64,000 nt of DNA from Gulosibacter sp. (GCF_052090685.1 NZ_JBQDBE010000015.1:3760-67759); one strand, 5' to 3'. Numbered from the stretch's first letter, positions 1-8,764 are shown. The notes: generated by a model from the letters alone, not told the origin. Program-made: numbers and translations.

Positions 1-148
1 GTGCTGGGGACGTCATGGTCGCCGAATGCATCCCTGACTACTTCCCAGGCGGTCACCAAATCTGCTTGTTTCGAGGATGCTACGAGCACTCGGGTGCTGA
101 TTACATCCTCGATGGATGCGCCGGCGGCTGCCAGCGCGCCAGTCATGG
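1..148. repeat. Direct repeat copy A (RidA-gene segment), matches 1417-1563
   Basis: By-eye alignment: gtgctgggg.c.tc.tggtcgcc.a..gcatc.ctgactacttcccaggcggtcaccaaatctgcttg.ttcgagga... is shared with 1417-1563. Most positions are identical. The copy probably continues left of the window. Confidence 0.7.
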
Positions 149-332
149 TTTCGATACAGGCGGCAGCCTGACCGGCGTAGTCGCCGATTGCAGCGGTGCT
201 TCCGTCTGAATTCAGCGGGCATGAGCCGGCAAGAAAAATCAGGCGTGCGTTACTTGGAGCTGTTGCGGCGTATGCGTATTCGGCGGCGGATGATAGGGAG
301 GATGCGCGGATGAGTTGGACTGCGGAAGGCAT
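1..332 (-). CDS. RidA/YjgF/L-PSP family protein, 3' end cut by window edge
   Basis: Hand translation of the minus strand from ATG (330-332) gives MPSAVQLIRASSLSSAAEYAYAATAPSNARLIFLAGSCPLNSDGSTAAIGDYAGQAAACIETMTGALAAAGASIEDVISTRVLVASSKQADLVTAWEVVRDAFGDHDVPST... This fits the RidA pattern (..lflSGq.p.d.dG.. then ..L.aAG.s..dv....v.l.d..d). It is absent from the ORF track because it runs off the window. Confidence 0.55.
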   Translation of the reverse strand, partial: MPSAVQLIRASSLSSAAEYAYAATAPSNARLIFLAGSCPLNSDGSTAAIGDYAGQAAACIETMTGALAAAGASIEDVISTRVLVASSKQADLVTAWEVVRDAFGDHDVPS

Positions 333-432
333 TAATCGAGTATTGCAGCCGACAACTGAACGTTCGCGGCTCCAGTCGTGCCGCCGCGCGAACGTGTTGG
401 GGCTCATCAATCCCAATGGTTTGCCGGGGAAG

Positions 433-498
433 TGGTGGTTCCGACCGGTATCGATCCCGAGACCTCACGAATCTAAGACGTGCCGTTGTCACTCAGCA
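433..498 (-). pseudogene. Degenerate tRNA-like fragment resembling the 3' two-thirds of tRNA-Phe
   Basis: tggtggttccgaccggtatcgatcccgagacctcacgaatctaagacgtgc... aligns with tggtggctccgacgggcgtcgatcccgtgacctcacgattttcagtcgtgc... (tRNA-Phe, 1612-1687). No matching 5' acceptor strand is present, and the T stem and anticodon stem carry mismatches. Confidence 0.6.
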
Positions 499-608
499 AT
501 AACGAGTTCGATGTGAACTGCGAAACATACTGTTTCGGTTGGTGAGCGTCCGTCTCGGCTTGGGTATTACAAAGTAGGATTGAGTCATATCGAAAGCGAG
601 GCCGGAAC

Positions 609-893
609 ATGCGCACTACGAAGCAACTCAGCATTACCCTTCCCAATAGCATGGCTGACGCGCTAAAGGAGCGCGTCGCGTCCGGCGCATATGCAAGCGA
701 AAGCGAAGTCATCCGCGAAGGGCTTCGTGCGTTGTTCTCGCAGGAGGAAGCGGTCGAACGATGGCTCCATGCTGAGGTTGTAGCCTCCTACGATGAGATG
801 CGCGCCGATCCGTCTAGTGCGATCAGTTCCGAAGACGTGCGCGCTCACCTCGCTTCACTGCATCAGCGACACGTGTCAGGAAACGATGTGTGA
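609..893 (+). CDS. parD: ParD/CopG-type ribbon-helix-helix antitoxin
   Basis: 94 aa. The N-terminus TKQLSITLPNSMADALKERVASGAYASESEVIREGLRAL is typical of RHH antitoxins of ParDE modules. Its stop overlaps the next start (GTGTGA). Confidence 0.8.
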   Translation: MRTTKQLSITLPNSMADALKERVASGAYASESEVIREGLRALFSQEEAVERWLHAEVVASYDEMRADPSSAISSEDVRAHLASLHQRHVSGNDV

Positions 894-1204
894 CAAGAAC
901 TGTCACCTACTCGCCGCGTGCCCTGCAACAACTCACCGAGCTCTATCTTTGGGTTGCTGAACAGTCGGGCTTTCCTGATCGCGCCGATGGGTATGTCTCC
1001 GCGATCGTCGACTATTGCGAAGACTTAGGGGACTTCCCATTGAGAGGTGCTGATAGGAGTGATTTGCGTCCAGGGCTCCGCACCATTGGATTCCGTCGCC
1101 GCGTCGTAATTGCGTTCGCTGAACATGAGCAAACAATCCAAATTCTTGGCATTTTCTACGGTGGGCAAGATTACGAAGACTTGATTTCTTCCGCGGGCGA
1201 TTAA
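890..1204 (+). CDS. parE: ParE/RelE-superfamily toxin
   Basis: 104 aa. It ends in ...RTIGFRRRVVIAFAEHEQTIQILGIFYGGQDYEDL, the characteristic ParE C-terminal pattern. There is a 4-nt overlap with parD. Confidence 0.8.
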   Translation: MTRTVTYSPRALQQLTELYLWVAEQSGFPDRADGYVSAIVDYCEDLGDFPLRGADRSDLRPGLRTIGFRRRVVIAFAEHEQTIQILGIFYGGQDYEDLISSAGD

Positions 1205-1341
1205 AGCCAAGGTTGATACTCTCGAAGCTGTAGTCCTCCGGGTTTTGGTTTCGTGGTTCAGCCACGGAACCCCGGAGGTTTTCTCTGCAGCGTGACAGTT
1301 GCACTTCTTGAGTTCCGGGTCAATGGGGCGTCTCTCCCCGG

Positions 1342-1563
1342 TCAGTAACGCACAGCCGCTACGGCTTCAATTTCGTCGAGTTGTTGTCGTAGCCCAGCAC
1401 GGTGACTCCAAGAGGGGTGCTGGGGCCATCGTGGTCGCCAAAAGCATCTCTGACTACTTCCCAGGCGGTCACCAAATCTGCTTGCTTCGAGGACGCGACG
1501 AGCACACGAGTGCTGATCGCGTCTGTGATGGATGCGCCGGCGGCGGCCAGCGCGCGGGTCATG
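1342..1563 (-). pseudogene. 3' fragment of a RidA-family gene (second copy, 5'-truncated, apparently frameshifted)
   Basis: The minus strand reads MTRALAAAGASITDAISTRVLVASSKQADLVTAWEVVRDAFGDHDGPSTPLGVTVLGYDNN... The expected RidA C-terminus (LDEIEAVAAVRY*) lies in a different frame. The first ~60 codons are missing because tRNA-Phe abuts the fragment. Confidence 0.5.
1417..1563. repeat. Direct repeat copy B (matches 1-148)
   Basis: See copy A. Similarity ends just after the shared gtcatg (143-148 / 1558-1563). Confidence 0.7.
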
Positions 1564-1611
1564 CTGCGGCAAAGGGAAATGCAAAAACCCCGAGCCAAAG
1601 ACTCGGGGCAG

Positions 1612-1687
1612 TGGTGGCTCCGACGGGCGTCGATCCCGTGACCTCACGATTTTCAGTCGTGCGCTCTACCAACTGAGCTACAGAGCC
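1612..1687 (-). tRNA. tRNA-Phe (GAA), CCA encoded
   Basis: The reverse complement GGCTCTGTAGCTCAGTTGGTAGAGCGCACGACTGAAAATCGTGAGGTCACGGGATCGACGCCCGTCGGAGCCACCA folds as a 76-nt cloverleaf with anticodon loop CTGAAAA. Confidence 0.93.
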
Positions 1688-1749
1688 AAGCGGAGTTGAA
1701 CTCCGCTGAGCGAAAACGCCCTCATCTTTCGACAAGGGCGTCGCACTCG

Positions 1750-1823
1750 CGACCCTGACGGGACTTGAACCCGCGACCTCCGCCGTGACAGGGCGGCACG
1801 CTAACCAACTGCGCTACAGGGCC
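1750..1823 (-). tRNA. tRNA-Asp (GTC)
   Basis: The reverse complement GGCCCTGTAGCGCAGTTGGTTAGCGTGCCGCCCTGTCACGGCGGAGGTCGCGGGTTCAAGTCCCGTCAGGGTCG is a 74-nt cloverleaf with anticodon loop CTGTCAC. No CCA is encoded. Confidence 0.92.
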
Positions 1824-1891
1824 TTATTTATTTTTTGAGACATCCAACAGTAACAGACTTCTTGACTCGGGTGCCACTTGGGCTACCACAG

Positions 1892-1964
1892 TGACCCCAA
1901 CGGGATTCGAACCCGTGTTGCCGGCGTGAAAGGCCAGTGTCCTAGGCCACTAGACGATGGGGCC
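1892..1964 (-). tRNA. tRNA-Glu (TTC)
   Basis: The reverse complement GGCCCCATCGTCTAGTGGCCTAGGACACTGGCCTTTCACGCCGGCAACACGGGTTCGAATCCCGTTGGGGTCA has anticodon loop CTTTCAC. Confidence 0.92.
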
Positions 1965-2127
1965 AAGAAGGCTGTCGTGCTGACTGCCAAGAGTCAAGCT
2001 TAGGGTCAAACCGCTCCGCGCTGCAACTTGAGAGCGCAAGAATTTTTCGGCCCTCGCGGATCCGAAGGTGAACTTCCTAGTAAATAGGCCACTTTCCCTG
2101 TGAAAATCATTGATTAGTTTGATTAGA

Positions 2128-2168
2128 GTGACTACCGTTACTCATGTTGTTAACGTGACTTGTGTTAC
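2128..2168 (+). promoter_or_regulatory. Two direct copies of GTGACTnnnGTTAC upstream of the M23 peptidase gene (candidate response-regulator site)
   Basis: gtgactaccgttac (2128-2141) and gtgacttgtgttac (2155-2168) start 27 bp apart, in an AT-rich stretch about 100 bp upstream of the start at 2259. Confidence 0.25.
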
Positions 2169-2258
2169 GAATGCACTCTCACGGGGCATGTGTGAGGCGT
2201 AACTTGCGCTCACGAGCCGGATCACTGCATCCGGAAAAGTAGGAAACGAGAGGAACGG

Positions 2259-3734
2259 ATGACTTCGACTAGCGGCCTGTGGGGTCGAACCCGCCGCTTT
2301 GGCCTCCGAGCCGGCGCGGTCATGGTGCTCTCGTTTCTACTCATTGCACAGACTGCGATTACCGCGTCCGCGAAAGATCTCGATGACTACGCGACGTGGG
2401 ATGACGTCATCGCGGCGCAGGGTGATGTGGATGAGCAGAACCGGCTTATCGAAGAAATCAATGCCCAAATTGAGCAGCTTGAAAATGATGTTGCTGACGC
2501 GGAAATAGTCTCGGAAGAGGCCGGTCAGGCTTACTCGGATGCGGCCGATGCGACGACTGAGCAAAACGCGACCGTCTTCAACCTGCAGGAGCAGGCGGAC
2601 GATGCGGATGCGACCGCTACGGATGCGGAGCAGGAAGCGGGCGCGATGGCGGCCGCGATGTCGAACCGCGTGACAGTTGACCCCACGGTTCAGCTGCTCA
2701 CGGAGCCGGGCTCGGCGGACGACTTCCTGATGGGCATGTCGACCCTCTCGAAGCTCGGGACCCACAACGGGGCCGTGTACGAGGATGCGCTCAGCGCTCG
2801 GAACAACGCCGAGCAGCTCGGTGAGCAGGCCACCGCTGCTCTCGAAGAACTCGAACGACTCGAAGCTGAGTCGCAAGAAGCCTACGAAGTTGCGGTTGCG
2901 GCGCAAGAAGACTTGCAGACCAAGCGTGATGCCGCGATCACGCAGGGAACTGAGCTCGAAGCGATGCTCATCCCGCTGATGGAACACCGCGATGTGGTGC
3001 AGTCCGACTTCGAAGAGGGCGAGCGCCTTCGCGAGATCGAACGCCAGCGCATCGAAAAGGAACGCGCCGAAGCCGCTGCTGCTGCGGCTGCCGCCGCGGA
3101 GGCAGCGGCAGCGGAAGCTGCACGACAGAACCAGAACAATGGCGGTGGCAGCAGTAGCGGCGGCGGGGGCGGCGGAAGCAGCAGCTCGAATAGCTCCGGT
3201 GGCGGTGGCTCCAGTGGTGGTGGAGGCGGCGGCTCGTCAACTCCACCTTCGACCGGCGGCGGCGGCGGCGGTGGCGGCGGCTCCAGTGAAGGCGGCGGTT
3301 CGACCGCGAGTGCCGGCTATCACTACCCGATGTCTTCCTCGGGCTGGATCACCAGCCCCTACGGAATGCGTCTGCATCCCGTGTATTTCTACTGGCGGAT
3401 GCACAACGGTATCGACCTTGTTGTGCCGGGTGGAACCTGCTGGGCTCCGATCTACGCAGTGACCTCGGGCACCGTTGGCCTCGCGGGCTGGGTCGGCTCC
3501 TACGGAAACATGGTGTCCTACACCTCATCCGATGGCACCGTGTTCAATAACGGACACATCGCACCGGGCGGGATAAACGTCTGGGTTGGCCAAAAGGTCA
3601 GCGCGGGTGACGTCATCGGATACGCCGGGACCACCGGCGCGTCGACCGGCTGCCACTTGCACTTCGAGATCAAGCAGAACGGCAGCTACGTCGATCCCGT
3701 TCTCTGGCTGGCAAACCGGGGTATGTACTACTAG
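2259..3734 (+). CDS. Secreted M23/LytM-family peptidoglycan metalloendopeptidase with coiled-coil N-domain and Ala- then Gly/Ser-rich linker
   Basis: It has an N-terminal hydrophobic signal/anchor, a long acidic coiled-coil, then AAAAAAAAEAAAAEAA and a GGGSSS linker. The C-terminus HNGIDL...GYAGTTGASTGCHLHFEI carries the HxxxD and HxH M23 motifs. Confidence 0.88.
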   Translation: MTSTSGLWGRTRRFGLRAGAVMVLSFLLIAQTAITASAKDLDDYATWDDVIAAQGDVDEQNRLIEEINAQIEQLENDVADAEIVSEEAGQAYSDAADATTEQNATVFNLQEQADDADATATDAEQEAGAMAAAMSNRVTVDPTVQLLTEPGSADDFLMGMSTLSKLGTHNGAVYEDALSARNNAEQLGEQATAALEELERLEAESQEAYEVAVAAQEDLQTKRDAAITQGTELEAMLIPLMEHRDVVQSDFEEGERLREIERQRIEKERAEAAAAAAAAAEAAAAEAARQNQNNGGGSSSGGGGGGSSSSNSSGGGGSSGGGGGGSSTPPSTGGGGGGGGGSSEGGGSTASAGYHYPMSSSGWITSPYGMRLHPVYFYWRMHNGIDLVVPGGTCWAPIYAVTSGTVGLAGWVGSYGNMVSYTSSDGTVFNNGHIAPGGINVWVGQKVSAGDVIGYAGTTGASTGCHLHFEIKQNGSYVDPVLWLANRGMYY

Positions 3735-3806
3735 CGAGTTTTGTGAACGCCAGCGGCCGCGACAGTCGCGCGCTGGTGGCTGGTGGCCGCTGTAGCCATT
3801 GCAGGT

Positions 3807-3846
3807 AGCGCTCATCATGGTTCGAGTACCGACCATGATGAGCGCT
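3807..3846. terminator. Perfect 15-bp-stem hairpin between convergent genes
   Basis: agcgctcatcatggt-tcgagtaccg-accatgatgagcgct. There is no clear U-tract, so this may be a terminator or another structured element. Confidence 0.35.
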
Positions 3847-3906
3847 GCCAACCATGATGGCGAACGCGGAACTCGTCGCACCGAGGCGCTCGGCGCCCCA
3901 AATGAA

Positions 3907-3942
3907 ACGCGTTCCGCCCGGGACGCCCCGAGCGGAACGCGA
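3907..3942 (-). terminator. Probable intrinsic terminator of ppa
   Basis: cgcgttccgc...gcggaacgcg forms a 10-bp stem immediately after the ppa stop. On the minus strand it is followed by tttcattt. Confidence 0.5.
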
Positions 3943-3948
3943 AAACGA

Positions 3949-4434
3949 CTACTCGCCGGGAAATGCCTCGATCGAGCGCTGGACGATCTCGTCGGCCTCA
4001 GCGGCATTGCCCCAAGCATCCACCTTGACCCACTTGCCAGGCTCGAGGTCCTTGTAGTGCTCGAAGAAGTGCTTGAGCTGGTCGCGAGTGTTCTCGGGAA
4101 CATCCTCGAGCTCCTGCAGGTGCGAGAAGCGTGGGTCCTTGTGAGGGACGCAGAGGATCTTGTCGTCGCCGCCCGCTTCGTCGGACATCCGCAGCACGCC
4201 AATTGGGCGAACCTTGAGTCCGACACCCGGGAACACCGGGTATTCGAGCAGTACGAGCGCGTCGAGGGGGTCGCCGTCGTCAGCAAGTGTGTTCTCGAAG
4301 TATCCGTAGTCGACCGGGTACACGAACGGTGTGAACAGCACGCGGTCGAGGTAGACGCGACCGGTCTCGTGGTCAACTTCGTACTTGTTCTGGCTTCCGC
4401 GGGGGATCTCGATGACGACGTCATATGCGGCCAT
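3949..4434 (-). CDS. ppa: Inorganic pyrophosphatase (family I)
   Basis: [31 protein letters not shown]...[10 protein letters not shown]...DDKILCV is the classic soluble PPase sequence. The start was moved from the ORF-track start to the ATG at 4434 (161 aa). Confidence 0.93.
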   Translation of the reverse strand: MAAYDVVIEIPRGSQNKYEVDHETGRVYLDRVLFTPFVYPVDYGYFENTLADDGDPLDALVLLEYPVFPGVGLKVRPIGVLRMSDEAGGDDKILCVPHKDPRFSHLQELEDVPENTRDQLKHFFEHYKDLEPGKWVKVDAWGNAAEADEIVQRSIEAFPGE

Positions 4435-4772
4435 GAAGGGTGCTCCTCTGGGTCGTTGATTGCAATGGATGCGTAGGGTCCAGGCTAGCGTGGCCCGGCT
4501 AATGCTTTCGTCCGAAAGGAACCTGATCGCCACCGGCAGCGCCAACTCACCTAAGATTGATGCATCTGGCAAAGCGGACACCGTGTCCATTTGGCGCGGT
4601 ATGTGGCGAGATACGACAGTCATTCGCGAGCTTCGACATCAACGCACCAATTACGGCTGCAAGACGCCAACGGCGAAACCAACCCACGAATGACTGCCGG
4701 CAGGCGCCAATAGCGACGACAACGCAAAATGACCCCGGTAAGTCACCGAGCACGACCTCGAGAAGGGCAGGC

Positions 4773-6269
4773 ATGAGCTCCTCCATTTCACCCGTTGCGG
4801 AGCAACGAGTGACCTACGCATTTCGGCATCCGCGTATCCTGATTCGCGAGGTGCTCGCTGGACTGGTGGTCTGCCTCGCGTTAATCCCCGAGGTGGTGGG
4901 CTTCTCGATCATCGCCGGACTCGACCCTGCGGTGGGTCTATATACGTCGATGATCATGGCGATCACGATTGCATTCACGGGTGGTCGCCCCGCGATGGTG
5001 ACCGCGGCGGCGGGCGCCACGGCGCTCGTACTCGCACAGGTCTCGCGCGAATACGACATGAATTACGTGGTCGCGACCGTGCTGCTCGCCGGAATCCTGC
5101 AGATCGTGCTCGCACTCCTCGGCGTCGGAAAGCTGATGCGTTTCATCCCGCGCAGCGTGATGACCGCATTCCTGAACGCACTGGCAATCTTGATCGCGCT
5201 CTCGCAGTTGCCCCATCTCATCGGCGTCGGCTGGCAGGTCTACGTGCTCGTCGCCGTCGGCATCCTGATCGTCTGGGGATTCCCGAAACTCACCAAAGCG
5301 GTGCCGGCGCCGCTCATCGCGATCGTCGTAGTCACCGCAATCGCGCTCATCCTGCGTATCGACGTCCCGACAGTCGGCGATCAGGGGGAGTTGCCTCGGG
5401 CCCTTCCGAACTTATTCTTCCCCGACGTGCCGTGGACCCTCGAAACGCTCGGCATCATCGGTCCGGTCGCAGTGGGCATCGCCCTAGTTGGCCTCATGGA
5501 ATCGCTGATGACCGCGAAGCTCGTCGACGACATCACCGAAACGAATTCATCCAAGACCCGAGAATCGGTGGGCCAGGGCATTGCCAATATCGCGGCGGGA
5601 GCCTTCGGCGGAATGGGCGGCTGCGCGATGATCGGGCAAACGATGATCAACGTCAACGGCTCCGGCGCGCGCACCCGAATTTCCACATTCATGGCGGGCG
5701 TGTGGCTGCTGATCCTGATCCTCGTGCTTGGAGACGTCGTGGGCATGATCCCAATGGCGGCCCTCGTCGCGGTGATGATCATGGTCTCGATCGGCACGTT
5801 CAATTGGCACTCGATCAAGCCGTCCACGCTCCGCCGCATGCCCAAGGCAGAGACGCTCGTCATGGTGCTCACCGTGGTTGTGGTGGTCGTGACCGAGAAC
5901 CTCGCAGTTGGCGTGATCATCGGGGTGATCGCCGCGATGGTCGCCTTTGCGCGCCGCGTCGCCCACTTCACCACGGTCACCCGTGAGATCGAGGGCGAGG
6001 GTGAGGATGCGGTGGCCAAGTATCGGGTCGAAGGGCCACTGTTCTGGGCCTCGAGTAACGACCTCGTGACGCAGTTTAATTACGCCGATGACCCGAAGCG
6101 CGTGGTGATCGACATGTCGAAATCGCACGTGTGGGATGCATCCTCGGTGGTGTCGCTGGATGCGATCGAGCAGAAGTATGCCGCGCACGATGCGAAGGTG
6201 GAGATTATCGGCATGAACCGCGCATCGAGAGGGATGCACGGTCGAGTTTCGGGGACGACCCCGAGTTGA
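4773..6269 (+). CDS. SulP-family anion transporter with C-terminal STAS domain
   Basis: The core is multi-TM (…GGRPAMVTAAAGATALV…, …GGMGGCAMIGQTMINV…) and the C-terminus YRVEGPLFWASSNDL…VIDMSKSHVWDASS is STAS-like. The start was chosen at ATG 4773. The upstream part of the ORF is Arg/Thr-rich and non-protein-like. Confidence 0.85.
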   Translation: MSSSISPVAEQRVTYAFRHPRILIREVLAGLVVCLALIPEVVGFSIIAGLDPAVGLYTSMIMAITIAFTGGRPAMVTAAAGATALVLAQVSREYDMNYVVATVLLAGILQIVLALLGVGKLMRFIPRSVMTAFLNALAILIALSQLPHLIGVGWQVYVLVAVGILIVWGFPKLTKAVPAPLIAIVVVTAIALILRIDVPTVGDQGELPRALPNLFFPDVPWTLETLGIIGPVAVGIALVGLMESLMTAKLVDDITETNSSKTRESVGQGIANIAAGAFGGMGGCAMIGQTMINVNGSGARTRISTFMAGVWLLILILVLGDVVGMIPMAALVAVMIMVSIGTFNWHSIKPSTLRRMPKAETLVMVLTVVVVVVTENLAVGVIIGVIAAMVAFARRVAHFTTVTREIEGEGEDAVAKYRVEGPLFWASSNDLVTQFNYADDPKRVVIDMSKSHVWDASSVVSLDAIEQKYAAHDAKVEIIGMNRASRGMHGRVSGTTPS

Positions 6270-6328
6270 GGTCACGAGTTTTGGGCGTCGGCGTAGCCCG
6301 AAGCGCTGGGCACGACTAGGCTAGCTGC

Positions 6329-7342
6329 GTGACTGATCGACCTCGCCTAACGCCGCCGGTCGCAAACATCCGGAGAGCAGTGCGCAATGCGCTTCGTGGA
6401 TATGCGACCGAGGGAGACCTTGTGCTCGTTGCGCTCTCTGGTGGACCTGACTCGCTTTCATTAGCAGCAGGCCTCGCCTTTGAGGCGCCACGGGCTGGCC
6501 TTCGCGCCGGTGCGGTGATTGTTGATCACCAGATGCAGCCGGGTTCTGCCGAGCAGGCGCAGCGCGCTGCCGAGCAAGCCCGCGCACTCGGCCTCGACCC
6601 CGTCGTCGTGGAATCAACAGCCGTGATCGACACCGGTGCAGGACCAGAAGCATCCGCCCGCGTCGCCCGCTACGACGTGATTGACGATGTGAAAACTCGC
6701 GTCGGCGCCTCGTGGGTTGTGCTCGGCCACACCCTCGACGACCAGGCCGAGTCGGTGCTGCTGGGGCTCGCGCGCGGTTCGGGCGGCAAATCACTGCACG
6801 GGATGGCGGTCGTCAACGGCTACCTCGTGCGGCCGCTGCTCGGTATCGAGCGCAAGGAAACGCATCAGGCTTGCGAGGATCAGGGGCTCGATCCCTGGTT
6901 TGACCCGATGAATCAGGATGAGTCCTATAAACGGGTGCGCATCCGCAAGAACGTGATGCCCACGCTCGAGCGCGAGCTCGGCCCGGGCATTGCGCAGGCG
7001 CTGGCCCGCACCGCAACGACGCTGCGGGAAGATTCAGAGACCCTGGATGCGCTGGCCCTCGAGTGGGCGCAGGAAATTATTGACACGGATGCGGAAGGTC
7101 GCATCACGCTCGATGTCGGCGGCTTGGTGACGCAACCGGCCGCGCTGCGGCAGCGAATCTGCCGGATCGTGGCGGAGCAGGGCTTTGGCGTTTCGCTCTC
7201 GCGGGCGCACACCATGGCAGTGTCGGCGCTCGCGACCGAGTGGCGCGGGCAGGGTCCGATCGACCTGCCGGGAATCCGCGTGGAACGGGCAGAGGGAAGA
7301 CTACTGTTCGGAGCCGCGGCACGAGGATACGAAGAGGACTAA
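6329..7342 (+). CDS. tilS: tRNA(Ile)-lysidine synthase
   Basis: It has the PP-loop VALSGGPDSLSL, conserved synteny directly upstream of hpt and ftsH, and a length of 337 aa. Confidence 0.88.
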   Translation: MTDRPRLTPPVANIRRAVRNALRGYATEGDLVLVALSGGPDSLSLAAGLAFEAPRAGLRAGAVIVDHQMQPGSAEQAQRAAEQARALGLDPVVVESTAVIDTGAGPEASARVARYDVIDDVKTRVGASWVVLGHTLDDQAESVLLGLARGSGGKSLHGMAVVNGYLVRPLLGIERKETHQACEDQGLDPWFDPMNQDESYKRVRIRKNVMPTLERELGPGIAQALARTATTLREDSETLDALALEWAQEIIDTDAEGRITLDVGGLVTQPAALRQRICRIVAEQGFGVSLSRAHTMAVSALATEWRGQGPIDLPGIRVERAEGRLLFGAAARGYEED

Positions 7343-7352
7343 CGAGGACTAG

Positions 7353-7985
7353 ATGCGCGCTAGCGATTGCACCGAGGAAATTCGCCAGGTTCTACTCACG
7401 CAGGAGGAGATTCAGGAGCGCATAGCTGAGCTTGCGCGCGATATTGAGCGCGACTACGAAGGTAAAGTTCCGCTGCTGGTCGGTGTGCTCAAAGGCGCGG
7501 TAATGGTCGTGAGCGACCTTTCACGAGAGCTGCGCATGCCGATCGAGATGGACTGGATGGCAGTGTCTTCCTACGGTTCAGGCACCGAATCCACCGGTGT
7601 GGTGCGCATCCTGAAGGACCTCGACACCGACCTCTCGGGGCGCGACGTGCTCATCGTCGAGGACATTATCGACTCGGGGCTGACGCTGACCTGGCTGACC
7701 CAGAACCTTGCGTCGCGCGGGGCGTCGTCGGTGGAAGTGTGCACGCTGCTGCGCAAGCCCGAGCGGCTTAAGACTGACCTGGCGGTGCGCTATATCGGTT
7801 TCGACGTGCCGAATGAGTTCGTGGTGGGCTACGGCCTCGACTATGACGAGCGCTACCGGAACCTGCGTGATGTGGCGGTGCTGCATCCGGCGGTGTTCGG
7901 TGATGATGACGTTGATCCCGAAGGTCCGGTTGAGCCGGCGCGGAAGGTGCTGACGCCGGGGCTGCCGGATACGCGGACTCGTTGA
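7353..7985 (+). CDS. hpt: Hypoxanthine-guanine phosphoribosyltransferase (with ~25-aa C-terminal tail)
   Basis: It has the PRPP motif VLIVEDIIDSGLTL and FVVGYGLDYDERYRNL. Confidence 0.92.
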   Translation: MRASDCTEEIRQVLLTQEEIQERIAELARDIERDYEGKVPLLVGVLKGAVMVVSDLSRELRMPIEMDWMAVSSYGSGTESTGVVRILKDLDTDLSGRDVLIVEDIIDSGLTLTWLTQNLASRGASSVEVCTLLRKPERLKTDLAVRYIGFDVPNEFVVGYGLDYDERYRNLRDVAVLHPAVFGDDDVDPEGPVEPARKVLTPGLPDTRTR

Positions 7986-8041
7986 GTCTTGGGCGGTGCG
8001 CTGCAGCAGTCGCGGCAACCGCAACGAAGTATGCTGGCCGC

Positions 8042-8575
8042 ATGCGCATTCTGGTTGCCTACACGTCGAAAACCGGCTTCACCAAGACCTACGCCGAGTG
8101 GATTGCCGAGGACCTCGGCGCGGAGCTTGTCACCACGAAGGAACTCACTCGCGAACTCATCCGGGGCCATGACGTGATCGTCCACGGCGGCGGCAACCGC
8201 GCTGGCAATATCGGCGGCCTGTCGAAATTCTTGAAGCACTGGGATGAACTCAACCGCAAGCACGTCGCACTCTGGTACACCGGTGCGAGTCCGGCAAACC
8301 CGCAGGGCAATGCGAAGCAGTGGGCCAAAGTGCTCACGGAAGATCAGCTCGAGCACACCGAACAGTTCTACCTTCGCGGCGGCTTTGACATGAGTTTGCT
8401 GCGCGGCACCGACAAACTGATCATGAGCTCTATGGGTGCGGCGATCCGGCGCAAGCGGAACCCAAGTCCGGCCGACAAGGGCATTCTGAACATGATCAAG
8501 CACCCGAATCGTGAACTCGACCGCGACACGATCACGCCGCTTGTCGAGCACGTTCGCTCGCTTGCGTCTGCGTAA
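8042..8575 (+). CDS. Flavodoxin-like domain protein (HemG/flavodoxin_5-like)
   Basis: MRILVAYTSKTGFTKTYAEWIAEDLG...VIVHGGG is a flavodoxin-fold N-terminus. The start was chosen at ATG 8042. Confidence 0.6.
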   Translation: MRILVAYTSKTGFTKTYAEWIAEDLGAELVTTKELTRELIRGHDVIVHGGGNRAGNIGGLSKFLKHWDELNRKHVALWYTGASPANPQGNAKQWAKVLTEDQLEHTEQFYLRGGFDMSLLRGTDKLIMSSMGAAIRRKRNPSPADKGILNMIKHPNRELDRDTITPLVEHVRSLASA

Positions 8576-8764
8576 GCTTGCGTGGGTTGAGCTCGCACCT
8601 CCGCTGGAAATTTCTAAACTGAACGCCCTCAGCGGACAAACGTCGATTCTCGGCAGGCAAGAGGGGATGGTGCAGCCTTGCCCGGGTAAGATTTGGCCAT
8701 CTGTGCTTGAAGCACCGAAGCATGCCGCCAAATCGAAAGGTCGCGAGCGAGCTCGCCCTCATCC

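Noticed and set aside
433-498. Possible functional tRNA (would read as anticodon TAG, Leu)
   Set aside because: There is no complementary 5' acceptor strand, and the T stem and anticodon stem are mismatched. It is best explained as a decayed copy of the tRNA-Phe 3' portion.
1980-2258. c-di-AMP (ydaO-type) riboswitch upstream of the cell-wall hydrolase gene
   Set aside because: It is expected in this context in actinobacteria. Only a short cacgggg match is present. The conserved ACGGGGA/CCGACAGCTAACC-type elements and the pseudo-symmetric helices were not found by eye. An Infernal scan is needed to be sure.
3525-4476. Long ORFs 3525-4424 (-) and 3799-4476 (+)
   Set aside because: They overlap the M23 peptidase 3' end and ppa in wrong frames or on the wrong strand. 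Their composition is Ser/Thr/Arg-rich and they have no motifs.
4557-4772. N-terminal 72-aa extension of the SulP ORF, and likewise 18766-18978 for the hydrolase ORF
   Set aside because: The upstream parts are Arg/Thr/Pro-rich and not conserved-looking. Internal ATGs (4773, 18979) give canonical N-termini, and 18766-18935 overlaps folP.
7853-8731. 292-aa minus-strand ORF
   Set aside because: It is antisense to the flavodoxin-like gene and the hpt 3' end. It is a shadow ORF.
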